The position numbers were made by a program, and so were the translations under genes. The notes below the pieces were generated by a model. That model was given only the letters and a program-made list of their open reading frames with translations. It was not told the DNA's origin and made no database searches. From the IMG/VR virus record IMGVR_UViG_3300045988_169095: 64,000 nt of DNA; one strand, written 5' to 3'. Positions 30,257 to 39,941 of the stretch are shown here, one piece after another. Origin of the DNA: a virus. Position 1 is the first letter of the stretch, and each line of letters begins with the position of its first letter.

Positions 30257-30322
30257 ATATAAAGTAGCATACAGCAAATTTAAAACTTATAATATTGGTA
30301 AATTATAAATTGCTACTTTTAT

Positions 30323-30395
30323 GGGGTGTTAGTTCAATTGGCTAGAATCTTAGATTTGCATTCTAAAGAAAAGGGTTCGAGTCCCTTACATTCCA
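30323..30395 (+). tRNA. tRNA-Ala(TGC).
   Basis: G3.U70 is present in the acceptor. Anticodon stem TTAGA/TCTAA with loop TTTGCAT. Confidence 0.55.
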
Positions 30396-30514
30396 CAATC
30401 TTCTATAAACTAGAGTTCTATATAGAAAGAGTACTGTAATCTGTTAAGGGCTTATAAATCAGACGTTAAAGAAAAAAGTCTTCGGGGCTGAAGAGCCCTG
30501 CTATGAACTTAATT

Positions 30515-30541
30515 CCAGTAGAAATACTGGAATTTTTTATT
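30515..30541 (+). terminator. Rho-independent terminator.
   Basis: Stem TTCCAGTA/TACTGGAA followed by T6. Confidence 0.5.
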
Positions 30542-30542
30542 G

Positions 30543-30614
30543 GGACTGCGGTGTGCGTGGTGCGCTCGTTGGACTGAAAATCCAAAGGTGAACGTTCGAC
30601 TCGTTCCAGTCCCA
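30543..30614 (+). tRNA. tRNA-Phe(GAA).
   Basis: Acceptor GGGACTG/CAGTCCC. Anticodon stem TTGGA/TCCAA with loop CTGAAAA. The D-arm is atypical. Confidence 0.45.
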
Positions 30615-30700
30615 CTAATAGGCTACATACAGCAATTAGCTTCTTAATGTATTTTTTGGATGATAGTGTAGCCTTTCTTTGAAATTAATTATTACAAAAT

Positions 30701-31189
30701 ATGACTTGGTATTTAATTTTATTAGTAATCTCTGCTTGTATCTTAATTGGACAGACAGTCTTATCCTTTATTGGAGGAGAGATTGATGTTGATATGGATA
30801 CAGACATAGATTCGAGTGACATGTTATCTTTTAAGGGTATTGTTCACTTTGTATTTGGATTTTCTCTAACATTGACTACAATGGGAGGAGTTTCAGTACT
30901 ATCTACTTTCGTAGCTGTTTTGGTGGGATTGTTATTTACTATGATTCTGTTCTATCTTTACAGATACATATATAAGCATCTTCGTCAAGAAATCATCTAT
31001 CAAGATGAAATTAAGGATACTCCCGCACAGGTTTATTATTGGGACTCCGAGTTAAATAAAGGAGAGGTAGTAGTAAAGCTGGAAGGAAGATTAGTATATG
31101 TGGATGCAACATCCACAAAGAATGTTAACTATCAACCTGGAGAATCAGTTATAGTGGAAGGTACACGACATCAAGTAACAATTAAATAA
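30701..31189 (+). CDS. NfeD-like membrane protein with a C-terminal OB-fold.
   Basis: N-terminal TM helices and a C-terminal beta domain. Lies immediately upstream of the SPFH gene. Confidence 0.5.
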   Translation: MTWYLILLVISACILIGQTVLSFIGGEIDVDMDTDIDSSDMLSFKGIVHFVFGFSLTLTTMGGVSVLSTFVAVLVGLLFTMILFYLYRYIYKHLRQEIIYQDEIKDTPAQVYYWDSELNKGEVVVKLEGRLVYVDATSTKNVNYQPGESVIVEGTRHQVTIK

Positions 31190-31196
31190 TTAAAAG

Positions 31197-32810
31197 ATGA
31201 CTCTATTTATCATTCTCGGTGCAGCACTACTGTTAGTGTTGCTCTCAGTAGTGGGAATTCTCTCACGGTACAGAAAATGTCCTTCTGACAAGATTCTTGT
31301 AATCTTTGGTAAGACAGGGGGCGAAAAATCTGCTAAGTGCATTCATGGAGGAGCAGCTTTCGTGGTACCTATCGTACAGGGTTACAGTTTCATGTCACTT
31401 AAACCTTTGCAGTTTGAGTGTAATCTTCAGAAAGCTCTGTCTTCACAGAATATCCGAGTAGATGTTCCAACTACTGTGACTGTAGGTATTTCTACAGAAC
31501 CTGAAGTAATGCAAATGGCTGCAGAGCGATTGCTTGGATTGACTACTGACCAGATTGAAGATCTCGTTAAGGATATTGTATATGGTCAGATGCGTCTAAT
31601 TGTGTCTAATATGACCATTGAAGAGCTGAACTCTGAACGAGACAAGTTCCTGGAAGAAGTGAAGAATGTTGTTGGTGGAGAGCTTCGTAAGATTGGCCTG
31701 CATCTTATCAACGTCAATATCACTGATATCAGGGATGAGGCAGGTTATATCATCGCATTAGGTCAGAAGGACAAAGCAATTGCTCTTAATAAGGCAAATG
31801 TTGAAATCGCTAAGGCTGAAAAGGACGGTGCAACTCAAACTGCAGAGCAGAACAAAATTAAGAACTCTGAAGTTGCTGCAACCCAACGTGAGGAAGCAGT
31901 TGCGGTCGCAGTGGCAAATGCCGAGCGAGATTCCAAGGTTGCAGAAACTCAGCGTACTCGTGATATCAATGTGGCAACTGCTAAAGCAGAAGGTGAGATT
32001 GGTAAAATCGAAGCTGAGAAGACTGTAACAAACAAGAATGCTGAGTTGGAAGTTGTGCGAGCAGATGCTGAAAAGGCTGCAAACACAGCTCGTGTAAAAG
32101 CAGAAGCTGAAGTCGCTAAGGAGAAAGAGCTTGCTCAAGTAGAAGTTGTTAAGGCTGAAGCAAAAGTGCTGCAAGAGCAAGAACTCGCTCAGAAGACTGC
32201 AGAAGAAGCTCGTGCTCAGCGTCAAGAAGCAGCCTTACATGCTGATAAGATTGTACCTGCAGAAATTTCTAAGAAAGAGAGTCTGCTGCGTGCTGAAGCT
32301 TATCAGCTGGAACAGGAGAAAATCGCAGAAACTAATGCTAATAAGACTAAAATCGAAGCTGATGGTAAAGCGCAAGCTGAAGCTCTCAAGGGTGAAGGTG
32401 AGGCTAAAGCCATTACTGCTAAAGGTCTTGCTGAAGCAGAGGTTGTTCGTCAGAAAGGTTTGGCTCAGGCAGAAGCAGAGAAAGCTTCTCTTAAGGCTCA
32501 GGCAGATGGTTTCCGTGAGATGATCGAAGCTGCCAAAACTGATCCTGCGATTGCAATTCAGTTCAAGATGGTTCAAGAAGGAACCTACGAAAACATTGCT
32601 AAGCAACAGGTTGAGGCTTACAAGCACATGAACTTCGGTAATGTGACCATCATGGACACTACGAAGGGTGGAGGCCTCACAAATGTGATGCAAAGCCTTC
32701 TGTCTCAAGTATCCCCCATGCTGAATGTTATGAAAGAAATGAAAATTCCTGGAGTATCAAAGGTATTGGAAGAGAAAACTGAGGATGCTAAATTTCCTGA
32801 AGTTAAGTAA
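31197..32810 (+). CDS. SPFH/Band-7 flotillin-like protein (537 aa).
   Basis: N-terminal TM helix, an SPFH domain, and a long Ala/Glu/Lys-rich coiled-coil repeat region (flotillin-like). Confidence 0.6.
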   Translation: MTLFIILGAALLLVLLSVVGILSRYRKCPSDKILVIFGKTGGEKSAKCIHGGAAFVVPIVQGYSFMSLKPLQFECNLQKALSSQNIRVDVPTTVTVGISTEPEVMQMAAERLLGLTTDQIEDLVKDIVYGQMRLIVSNMTIEELNSERDKFLEEVKNVVGGELRKIGLHLINVNITDIRDEAGYIIALGQKDKAIALNKANVEIAKAEKDGATQTAEQNKIKNSEVAATQREEAVAVAVANAERDSKVAETQRTRDINVATAKAEGEIGKIEAEKTVTNKNAELEVVRADAEKAANTARVKAEAEVAKEKELAQVEVVKAEAKVLQEQELAQKTAEEARAQRQEAALHADKIVPAEISKKESLLRAEAYQLEQEKIAETNANKTKIEADGKAQAEALKGEGEAKAITAKGLAEAEVVRQKGLAQAEAEKASLKAQADGFREMIEAAKTDPAIAIQFKMVQEGTYENIAKQQVEAYKHMNFGNVTIMDTTKGGGLTNVMQSLLSQVSPMLNVMKEMKIPGVSKVLEEKTEDAKFPEVK

Positions 32811-32823
32811 TTAACTTCTTTAT

Positions 32824-32852
32824 GAGCTGTATAGTTAATATGCAGCTCTTTT
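32824..32852 (+). terminator. Rho-independent terminator.
   Basis: Stem GAGCTG..CAGCTC followed by TTTT. Confidence 0.45.
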
Positions 32853-32854
32853 AT

Positions 32855-32940
32855 CCCGACGCGGCTACGATGGTGGAGTGGCGCAGCACTGTAAATGCTG
32901 TACATCAGAAACTCATGAGGTTCGAATCCTCACGGCGGGA
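32855..32940 (+). tRNA. tRNA-Tyr(GTA), type II.
   Basis: Anticodon stem CAGCA/TGCTG with loop CTGTAAA. Long variable arm. T-arm TGAGGTTCGAATCCTCA. The acceptor is 6/7 paired. Confidence 0.5.
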
Positions 32941-32955
32941 CTAATTTATATTGAC

Positions 32956-33426
32956 ATGAAAATTGTAGATAATTTTATATTCTTCTGGGGAGGTTGGTTA
33001 AGTAACTTTCATCCTTGTAGAATAGTATTTGGCTCTAAAGTTTTTAAATCATCTGAACAGCTTTTTATGTATCTTAAAGCTTTGCATTTTGGTGATATAG
33101 AAACAGCAGAGAGGATTCTATTAGCAGAGACTCCAAAGGAAGCTAAAACCCTTGGTAGGGAGGTTAGAAACTTTGATGAAAAATCCTGGAATGAGGTTAA
33201 GATTCAGAAAATGTATCTTGCCTTGGAAGGTAAATTTAGCCAAAATAAAGATTTAATGGATAAACTTAAAGACCCAGCATTAAATGGGAAATTCTTTGTT
33301 GAAGCATCTCCCTTTGATAGAGTCTGGGGTATAGGCTATGATCAAGATCATGCACTTCAAAACCAATCAAATTGGGGAGAAAATCTACTTGGTAAGACTC
33401 TTACCTTTTACAGAGGATCTTTATAA
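32956..33426 (+). CDS. NADAR (DUF1768/YbiA-like) domain protein.
   Basis: A pattern of conserved residues matching the NADAR family. ATG at 32956, after the tRNA. Confidence 0.55.
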   Translation: MKIVDNFIFFWGGWLSNFHPCRIVFGSKVFKSSEQLFMYLKALHFGDIETAERILLAETPKEAKTLGREVRNFDEKSWNEVKIQKMYLALEGKFSQNKDLMDKLKDPALNGKFFVEASPFDRVWGIGYDQDHALQNQSNWGENLLGKTLTFYRGSL

Positions 33427-33432
33427 ACAATT

Positions 33433-33473
33433 TGCGGATATTGACATCGCTCAATATCCGCTTTATTTTTAAA
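33433..33473 (+). terminator. Rho-independent terminator.
   Basis: Stem GCGGATATT..AATATCCGC followed by a T-run. Confidence 0.55.
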
Positions 33474-33483
33474 ACTTAATAAG

Positions 33484-35175
33484 ATGTTTGAAGCAAAAAA
33501 GAAAACATTATTTGCTGTTGATAGCAGTAAATCGGCATCTAAATCAGCCTTTATTCAGGCAGGATTAAAAACTGCAGCAGAAACCACTACAGGTAACGGT
33601 GGTAAAGCCTATTCCAGTACAGGGGATCCCTTCGTTGACCAGTTTGGTAGTACATCTAAGTACAGAGAGATTCGCCCATTTGCAGAAATTGCAAAAGATT
33701 GTGAAATTCTCTGGGCAGAAAATAAAGAAGATACTGTTAAATTTATCTTTTTCTTGCGAATGATTTGTCGTAAGATTAATGATAAAGAGTATGGTACCAA
33801 AGAAGCACAGAAGGGTTCTGAACTTCGTCATGAAGGTATTATGCGTCTCATCTGGCTGCATATCAAAGATAAAGAAGTGTTCTGGAAGAATGCTTGGTTG
33901 ATTCCCTTAGTGGGTTCTTGGAAAGATCTCTTCGTTATGCTTCGTTATGACTTAGTTTATAACGGCTGGGAACACCGAGTTCTGGATTGGCGCCGTTTTG
34001 CAGATCTGATTACTGCTGGCCTTAGTTCTGATTCCCAAACGAATCTTCTTCGTAAGTATCTTCCTCAGATCAAGGCACGTTCCAAGTGTACTACAGTAGA
34101 GGCACAAGCAAATTGTATGATTGCAAAATGGCTGTGTTCAGAACTTTACGGTGCGTCAGGAGCAAAGACAGATGCTGAAAAGTATCAGGTATATCGTTCT
34201 TATGCAAAGATGAAAGCCGCAGGGACAGCACATAGCTGGCAACAGCTTATTTCAAAGCAACGATATACAGAGATTGACTTTGATAAGATTCATGGTCGTG
34301 CCTTAAACCTTCTTGTACACTCCAAGTTCTTAGAGAATCATAATCTCAAAGAGAAGTATCAGGAATGGATAGGAGCTCCAGAGACAAAGAAGGTGAAGTA
34401 CACAGGTTTTGTACATGAGCTCTTTAAACCTATTTGTAACACTGCTCCTTATAATATAGAGCAGCATATCAAAGATACTATTAATAAGCAGTTTATGACT
34501 CTTGTTAATAAGTGTAAGGAAGAGGGCAATACTACAGATCTAATTGTAGTACGTGATACTTCTGGTTCAATGGGTGCAGAAGCAACTGGAACTTCCATGT
34601 CTTGTTACAATGTAGGTAAGGCAATTGCTCTGTATTTCTCTTACTTCTTGAGAGGAAGGTTTCAAAATGCATGGATTGAGTTCAACTCGAAAGCTATGAT
34701 GCATGAGTGGAAAGGAGAAACTCCTCTGGAAAAATGGTTTAATGACCATTCAGGGTACTATGGAAGTACAAACTTTGAGGGTGTTATTAACCTCTTTACT
34801 CAGTTGAAACTTGAAGGTGTTCCAGAAGAGGAATTTCCTAAAGGAATTCTTTGTATCAGTGATTGTGAGTTTGATGCTTCAAGTCTGAATAAGACTTCAG
34901 TTGAAAGAGTTCATGATACATTGACAGCTGCAGGATTTTCTAAAGAGTATGTTGATAATTTTGTCATTTGCCTTTGGAATTTGAGAAATGATTACTACGG
35001 ATATAATGTACAAAATCGTGTTCCATTCCAAACTTATGGTGACGTCAAGAATGTCTACTATATGTCTGGATATTCAGCACAGATTGTATCTTTCTTAAAT
35101 AGGAAGGTGCAGACTACACGGGATCTGTTTGATGAGGCTATGAATCAAGAGATTCTGTCTCTCATTAAGATGTAA
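33484..35175 (+). CDS. Large protein with a C-terminal vWA-like MIDAS motif. Possibly a DUF2828-like family member.
   Basis: 563 aa. MIDAS motif DTSGSMG. GC-rich. Confidence 0.45.
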   Translation: MFEAKKKTLFAVDSSKSASKSAFIQAGLKTAAETTTGNGGKAYSSTGDPFVDQFGSTSKYREIRPFAEIAKDCEILWAENKEDTVKFIFFLRMICRKINDKEYGTKEAQKGSELRHEGIMRLIWLHIKDKEVFWKNAWLIPLVGSWKDLFVMLRYDLVYNGWEHRVLDWRRFADLITAGLSSDSQTNLLRKYLPQIKARSKCTTVEAQANCMIAKWLCSELYGASGAKTDAEKYQVYRSYAKMKAAGTAHSWQQLISKQRYTEIDFDKIHGRALNLLVHSKFLENHNLKEKYQEWIGAPETKKVKYTGFVHELFKPICNTAPYNIEQHIKDTINKQFMTLVNKCKEEGNTTDLIVVRDTSGSMGAEATGTSMSCYNVGKAIALYFSYFLRGRFQNAWIEFNSKAMMHEWKGETPLEKWFNDHSGYYGSTNFEGVINLFTQLKLEGVPEEEFPKGILCISDCEFDASSLNKTSVERVHDTLTAAGFSKEYVDNFVICLWNLRNDYYGYNVQNRVPFQTYGDVKNVYYMSGYSAQIVSFLNRKVQTTRDLFDEAMNQEILSLIKM

Positions 35176-35187
35176 ACTTAATAGGCT

Positions 35188-35218
35188 CTAGTAGAAATAC
35201 TAGAGCCTTTTTATTAAT
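35188..35218 (+). terminator. Rho-independent terminator.
   Basis: Stem GGCTCTAGTA..TACTAGAGCC followed by TTTTTATT. Confidence 0.55.
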
Positions 35219-35227
35219 AATCTAATT

Positions 35228-35362
35228 ATGGGTAAGTACCTTAAAGATTATCAAATTCCTGATTATTGCGAGGAGGATAAACCTAGAATGCCAAAGCGGC
35301 CTAAGAAGTTTAAAGACCAAGAGGGAGGAAAACCTTTAGTAAAGAAAAAGTTCAAGCGATGA
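35228..35362 (+). CDS. Small basic protein (44 aa, or 49 aa if the terminal TGA is read through).
   Basis: Short ORF with RBS-like context. Confidence 0.3.
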   Translation: MGKYLKDYQIPDYCEEDKPRMPKRPKKFKDQEGGKPLVKKKFKR

Positions 35363-35663
35363 AGAGATGATTCTTAAGAGTATTTAGAAGGTTTAATGAA
35401 CCATCAACTGATAGTTCAAAAGAATTTCCTAAAAAAGTAATTGACTTAGAACAATTTGACGATGTATTCATAGTTACTAATAAAAAAGTATATAAGGCCT
35501 GGGTTATGAAAAGAACCAGTAGACTTTTACAGATTTTTATTTGGGAGTCTAAAAAGGAGGTAATTATAAATACAATTGGACAAGCTAATTCTAGTGTTAT
35601 TCCTTTTGGCAAGGATAGCTATTTAATTATAAATAAAAAAGATATATGCGATTACTTGTAGTA
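35359..35663 (+). CDS. Hypothetical protein (about 100 aa) with TGA=Trp at codon 4.
   Basis: Open only if TGA is sense. Overlaps the start of the following gene. Confidence 0.3.
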
Positions 35664-36227
35664 GTTGATATGCAAGAAGACTTCATCAGAGGTGCATTAA
35701 CGGTTCCTGGTGCTGAAGAAATAATTTCTCCTATAGAGAAATTAGTTAAAGAGTATATAACAGCAGATGATGCTGTCCTTTTTACTCGGGATACTCATTA
35801 TGAGCATAGTGATACTAGGGGATTTAGCTATGCTATGACTCGTGAAGGTAGAAATCTTCCAATTCTTCATTGCGTTTGTGGAACTGAAGGTCATAAGCTT
35901 ATTAAGGAATTTAAGCCTTATCTTCGTTCCTGCTATGTAATGGATAAACTAAATAGGTTTGGATTTATCCAGGATGAGTTTAATGATGCCAAGATAGATG
36001 ATGGAGAATATTTATTCGACATCGCTGATTGCATTACAGAAATTACTTTGGTTGGTGTAGTAACTAATCTTTGTGTTATTTCATGTGCTGTAAGTTTTCA
36101 GCAAATATTCCCTGATGCAGATATCATCATAGATGCTTCCTGCTGTCGTTCCAATAACAATGAACTTCATAACAAAGCTTTAGATGTTATGGAGGGTTTA
36201 CAAATGACTATAATTAATCGTTATTAA
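35646..36227 (+). CDS. Isochorismatase-family hydrolase, nicotinamidase (PncA)-like.
   Basis: N-terminal LLVVDMQEDF and cysteine-hydrolase fold length. Confidence 0.55.
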   Translation: MRLLVVVDMQEDFIRGALTVPGAEEIISPIEKLVKEYITADDAVLFTRDTHYEHSDTRGFSYAMTREGRNLPILHCVCGTEGHKLIKEFKPYLRSCYVMDKLNRFGFIQDEFNDAKIDDGEYLFDIADCITEITLVGVVTNLCVISCAVSFQQIFPDADIIIDASCCRSNNNELHNKALDVMEGLQMTIINRY

Positions 36228-36313
36228 TTTTTTGATTTTTATAAACTTAATGTTTAGAACAGTTTGTGAAATTAAATTTTATTGATATCTTTGTAGTATA
36301 AAACTAATAAAGT

Positions 36314-36802
36314 ATGGATAAAATTTGTTCAAAATGTGGGGAAACTAAAGACATTTCACTCTTTGCTAAGGATCGACACTCTTCTGATGGATATACTTAT
36401 TGATGTAAAGATTGTAGAAATACAGCAAATAAGAAATATCGGAAAGAAAATCCTGATAAAGTTCAGGAACATAATGAAAAGTGAAGAGATAAAAGAAAAG
36501 AATATTATAGTCTTCCTAAAAATCAAGAAAAGCTTAGAAGACATCATCTCAAGAAAATGTATAATATTACTTTGGAAGACTATGATGCTTTGTTTCAACT
36601 TCAAGGTGGTGTTTGTGCTATATGTGGAAAACCTGAAACAAGCTCAAAGGCTAGTAACTTAGCAGTAGATCATAATCACACAAATGGTAGTATTAGAGGC
36701 CTATTATGTAATAAATGTAATAGAGGCTTAGGATATTTTGAAGATGATGCAACTATTTTGTCTAAAGCTATAGAATATTTAAAAAATAAAGATAATGTTT
36801 AG
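36314..36802 (+). CDS. HNH endonuclease (T4 endonuclease VII-like) with 2 in-frame TGA=Trp codons.
   Basis: N-terminal zinc-ribbon CSKCG..CKDC joins in frame to the track ORF at 36557-36802, which carries CAICGK and DHNH. Confidence 0.5.
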
Positions 36803-38279
36803 ACCGTGTTCAGTCCTCCTTTCAGATTTTTATAAGCAGGATCACCAGCGTCAATATGACCCTAGCATCACTAAGGTAGTTTCTTACTATGTACCTCGTA
36901 AAACTAGGATTCCTGAATTTGATAAGGTAGTAGTTTTTGGTATTCAAGCATTTATTGAGGAATATCTGATTGAGTACATGAATGAAACTTTCTTTAACCG
37001 TCCCTTAGAAGAAGTTATTGCAGAATATGAATTTGTGATTTCTTCTACTATGGGAGCAGACCGTGTTAACTCGGATAAAATTAAAAACCTTCATGAATTA
37101 GGATATCTTCCTATCGAAATTTGGGCACTTCCTGAGGGATATAAAGTAGGAATGAATATCCCCTGTATCGAGATTTCTAATACTAATCCAGAATTTGCAT
37201 GGTGTACTAATTTCATTGAAACCTTGATGCTCTCTGAGCTTTGGTATCCAATGTGTGTTGCAACTGCTGTAACTAAATATCGTAGTATTGTAAATGATTT
37301 TTATTCTAAAACTTCTGATATTTCTGGTCGTTCTGCTATTTCTGAGTTCGGATTTAGAAGTTTAGTTGGACTTCATGGTGCTATTAAAGCTTCGTGTGGA
37401 TTTTTGCTCTCTTTTAATAAGACTGCGACTATTCCTGGCATTATGTATGCTTCAAAGTATTATCATACCCCAATGTCTGTAGTAGGTGGAGGTATGGCTT
37501 CTACTGAGCACTCCGTAATGTGTAGTTCTGCTGCCATTGATGGGGATGAAAAAGTTATGATTCGACGCCTCCTTACTGAGGTCTATCCTAATGGATCATT
37601 CTCTATGGTAAGTGATTCCTATGATTACTGGAATGTTGTCGATGAGATTCTCCCATCTCTTAAGGAAGAAATTCTCAGTAGAAATGGTACTTTGTATGTT
37701 CGTGGTGACTCTGGAGATCCTGTAGAAATTGTAACTGAGACGGTTTTCTCTCTTTGGGAGACTTTTGGAGGCACTGTCAACTCTAAGGGATATAAAGTCT
37801 TAGACCCTCATGTTCGAGCTTTATATGGTGATGGCATCACTCAGTTACGTGCAAAACAGATTTATCAGATTTTGTATGATAAAGGATTCTCTGCAGAGAA
37901 TGTTGCACTTGGTGCAGGAGGATTTTCCATGCTTTCTTACATGGATGAGTTTGGGAATGTAGATATGTTCTCTCGCGATACATTTAATGTAGCAATTAAA
38001 TGCAGCTATGTAGAACAAACCATTGATGGAAAAACTAAATCTATCATGGTCTACAAAGATCCTAAAACGGATTCAGGAATGAAGAAATCCCACAGAGGAT
38101 GTTGTGCTGTTTTCTACAACCATGTAACTGGTGAGTTTGATTGTGATGAAGGTATGACACTGAAAGAAGCTCATAATGAGCCTTTCAATTTACTTCGTCC
38201 TATCTTTTCAGATGGAAAAATGAGAGAGCAAACTACTCTCACAGAAATTCGTAGAACTCTTTGGAACGGGAAATTCTAA
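36795..38279 (+). CDS. Nicotinamide phosphoribosyltransferase (NAMPT/NadV family). May be a Namat-like enzyme.
   Basis: Extended similarity blocks to NAMPT: SDFYKQ..YDP, LPIEIWALPEG, SDSYDYWN, GDSGDP. Confidence 0.65.
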   Translation: MFRPCSVLLSDFYKQDHQRQYDPSITKVVSYYVPRKTRIPEFDKVVVFGIQAFIEEYLIEYMNETFFNRPLEEVIAEYEFVISSTMGADRVNSDKIKNLHELGYLPIEIWALPEGYKVGMNIPCIEISNTNPEFAWCTNFIETLMLSELWYPMCVATAVTKYRSIVNDFYSKTSDISGRSAISEFGFRSLVGLHGAIKASCGFLLSFNKTATIPGIMYASKYYHTPMSVVGGGMASTEHSVMCSSAAIDGDEKVMIRRLLTEVYPNGSFSMVSDSYDYWNVVDEILPSLKEEILSRNGTLYVRGDSGDPVEIVTETVFSLWETFGGTVNSKGYKVLDPHVRALYGDGITQLRAKQIYQILYDKGFSAENVALGAGGFSMLSYMDEFGNVDMFSRDTFNVAIKCSYVEQTIDGKTKSIMVYKDPKTDSGMKKSHRGCCAVFYNHVTGEFDCDEGMTLKEAHNEPFNLLRPIFSDGKMREQTTLTEIRRTLWNGKF

Positions 38280-39049
38280 TGAAAGAAGTATATGAAGGAA
38301 TAGTTTCCTTTCTTAAGAATTATCAAGAACGTACCCATGTGAAAGGGTATGTTCTTGGTATTTCTGGAGGAAAGGATTCTACTGTAGTGGCCAAATTATT
38401 GGTAGATTCTATAGGTAAGGAAAATGTATTAGGTGTGCTAATGCCTAATGGTAAGCAAGCTGATATTGAGGATAGTTATACAGTATGTGACTTTCTTGAT
38501 ATTAACTATACTGTTGTTAATATAGAAAATGCGTTTGATGAACTTATTCATCAAATTGATGTTTCGAAAATAACTACAGTGGAAGGGAATGAAGAAAACA
38601 TTCCAGTAACGAAAAAGGCTCTTACTAATGTTCCTCCTCGTATTCGTATGACTATTCTATATACTATAGCTCAGTCTGTAGGATATCGAGTAGCGGGGAC
38701 TAGTAATGCTTCAGAATTATTTATTGGTTGGGGAACTAAATGGGGAGATTTGGCATCTGATATTAATCCTATTTCTCAATTAACATGTTCTGAAGTTATT
38801 TCTTTAGGAGACTATATGGGACTCCCATATGATCTTATACATAAGACTCCTGCAGATGGATTAACAGGAAAGTCTGATGAAGAAAATTTTGGTTTTACAT
38901 ATAAAGAACTTGACACTCTTATTGTAAAGCAGCGAAATCTTACTTGCACAGGTAGAATACAATGTGCTTTTACTGAACAAGAATTAAAAATCTTAAAATT
39001 ACATGAAGCTGCGTATCACAAAGATCATGTAATTAAAATACAGTATTAA
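38261..39049 (+). CDS. NH3-dependent NAD+ synthetase (NadE)-like PP-loop ATPase.
   Basis: The motif GYVLGISGGKDSTVVAKLL (SGGxDS PP-loop) and NadE-like length. Confidence 0.55.
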   Translation: MEREILMKEVYEGIVSFLKNYQERTHVKGYVLGISGGKDSTVVAKLLVDSIGKENVLGVLMPNGKQADIEDSYTVCDFLDINYTVVNIENAFDELIHQIDVSKITTVEGNEENIPVTKKALTNVPPRIRMTILYTIAQSVGYRVAGTSNASELFIGWGTKWGDLASDINPISQLTCSEVISLGDYMGLPYDLIHKTPADGLTGKSDEENFGFTYKELDTLIVKQRNLTCTGRIQCAFTEQELKILKLHEAAYHKDHVIKIQY

Positions 39050-39050
39050 T

Positions 39051-39941
39051 ATGGGAAGCGGATCATGGAGTTCTAGCACATATAAAGCTTTTGCTAATAG
39101 CTATACTAAAAAATCCAGAGAAGAAATCTTTCATCAAAGATCTCTACACGAAGAAATGGATCTTACAAAAAGTAAGACGCATATTCGAGAATCTAGAGAT
39201 TCTGAGGAACACCCAGAATCTCTTCCAGTTTTCATTGCATTAGATGAAACTGGTTCAATGGGTTCAATTCCTGATAAGATGATCAGGGATTATCTTCCGA
39301 AGTTAATGGATTCTATTATTGATTCTATTGGAGTTAAACACCCTCAAATTCTTTTTATGGGAGTAGGAGATCATGAATGTGATCACTGCCCGTGTCAGGT
39401 AGGTCAATTCGAATCTTCAACTGTTGCAATTAATCAGTGTCTCTCTAAAATCTATTTGGAGGGTCGTGGTGGAGGTAATAGTGGAGAATCCTACTTACTT
39501 CCTTGGATTATTGCAGGAAATCACACGTCAATTGATAGCTGGGAAAAGCGAAAGCAAAAAGGATTCCTTTTTACAGTTGGTGATGAACCTACTTTGACAA
39601 GAATAAGTAGGGGAACTTTGGCATCCCTCACTGGAATGGAGTATGAGCGTGATTATACCTGGCAGGAGGCTTATGAACTTGCCTGTGAGAAATATCATGT
39701 GTTTCATATCCATGTTCGACATGGAAGTGAACATTATGATGAGGTAGTAGCTAAACAAATGAAAGAAATTCTTAGAGAAAACTTTATTGTGTGCAAACCT
39801 GATGAAGTTGTAGAAGCCATTTGTGAAGCTATGGGTAAAACTCTAAAAGGTAGCTCTTCAGTAATTGAAGAGGTTTCTGCAGAAAAAACTGTAGAAAATA
39901 CAGAATCAAAACCTAATATATTTGACATACATCGACGATAA
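39051..39941 (+). CDS. vWA-domain protein.
   Basis: MIDAS motif FIALDETGSMG. Confidence 0.45.
   Translation: MGSGSWSSSTYKAFANSYTKKSREEIFHQRSLHEEMDLTKSKTHIRESRDSEEHPESLPVFIALDETGSMGSIPDKMIRDYLPKLMDSIIDSIGVKHPQILFMGVGDHECDHCPCQVGQFESSTVAINQCLSKIYLEGRGGGNSGESYLLPWIIAGNHTSIDSWEKRKQKGFLFTVGDEPTLTRISRGTLASLTGMEYERDYTWQEAYELACEKYHVFHIHVRHGSEHYDEVVAKQMKEILRENFIVCKPDEVVEAICEAMGKTLKGSSSVIEEVSAEKTVENTESKPNIFDIHRR

Noticed and set aside
31758-32708. Several ORFs on the minus strand or in alternative frames (31758-32225, 31780-32028, 32146-32523, 32235-32708).
   Set aside because: All lie inside the flotillin gene's low-complexity Ala/Glu/Lys repeat region, which keeps several frames open. The SPFH frame is the only one with an N-terminal domain and a sensible start.
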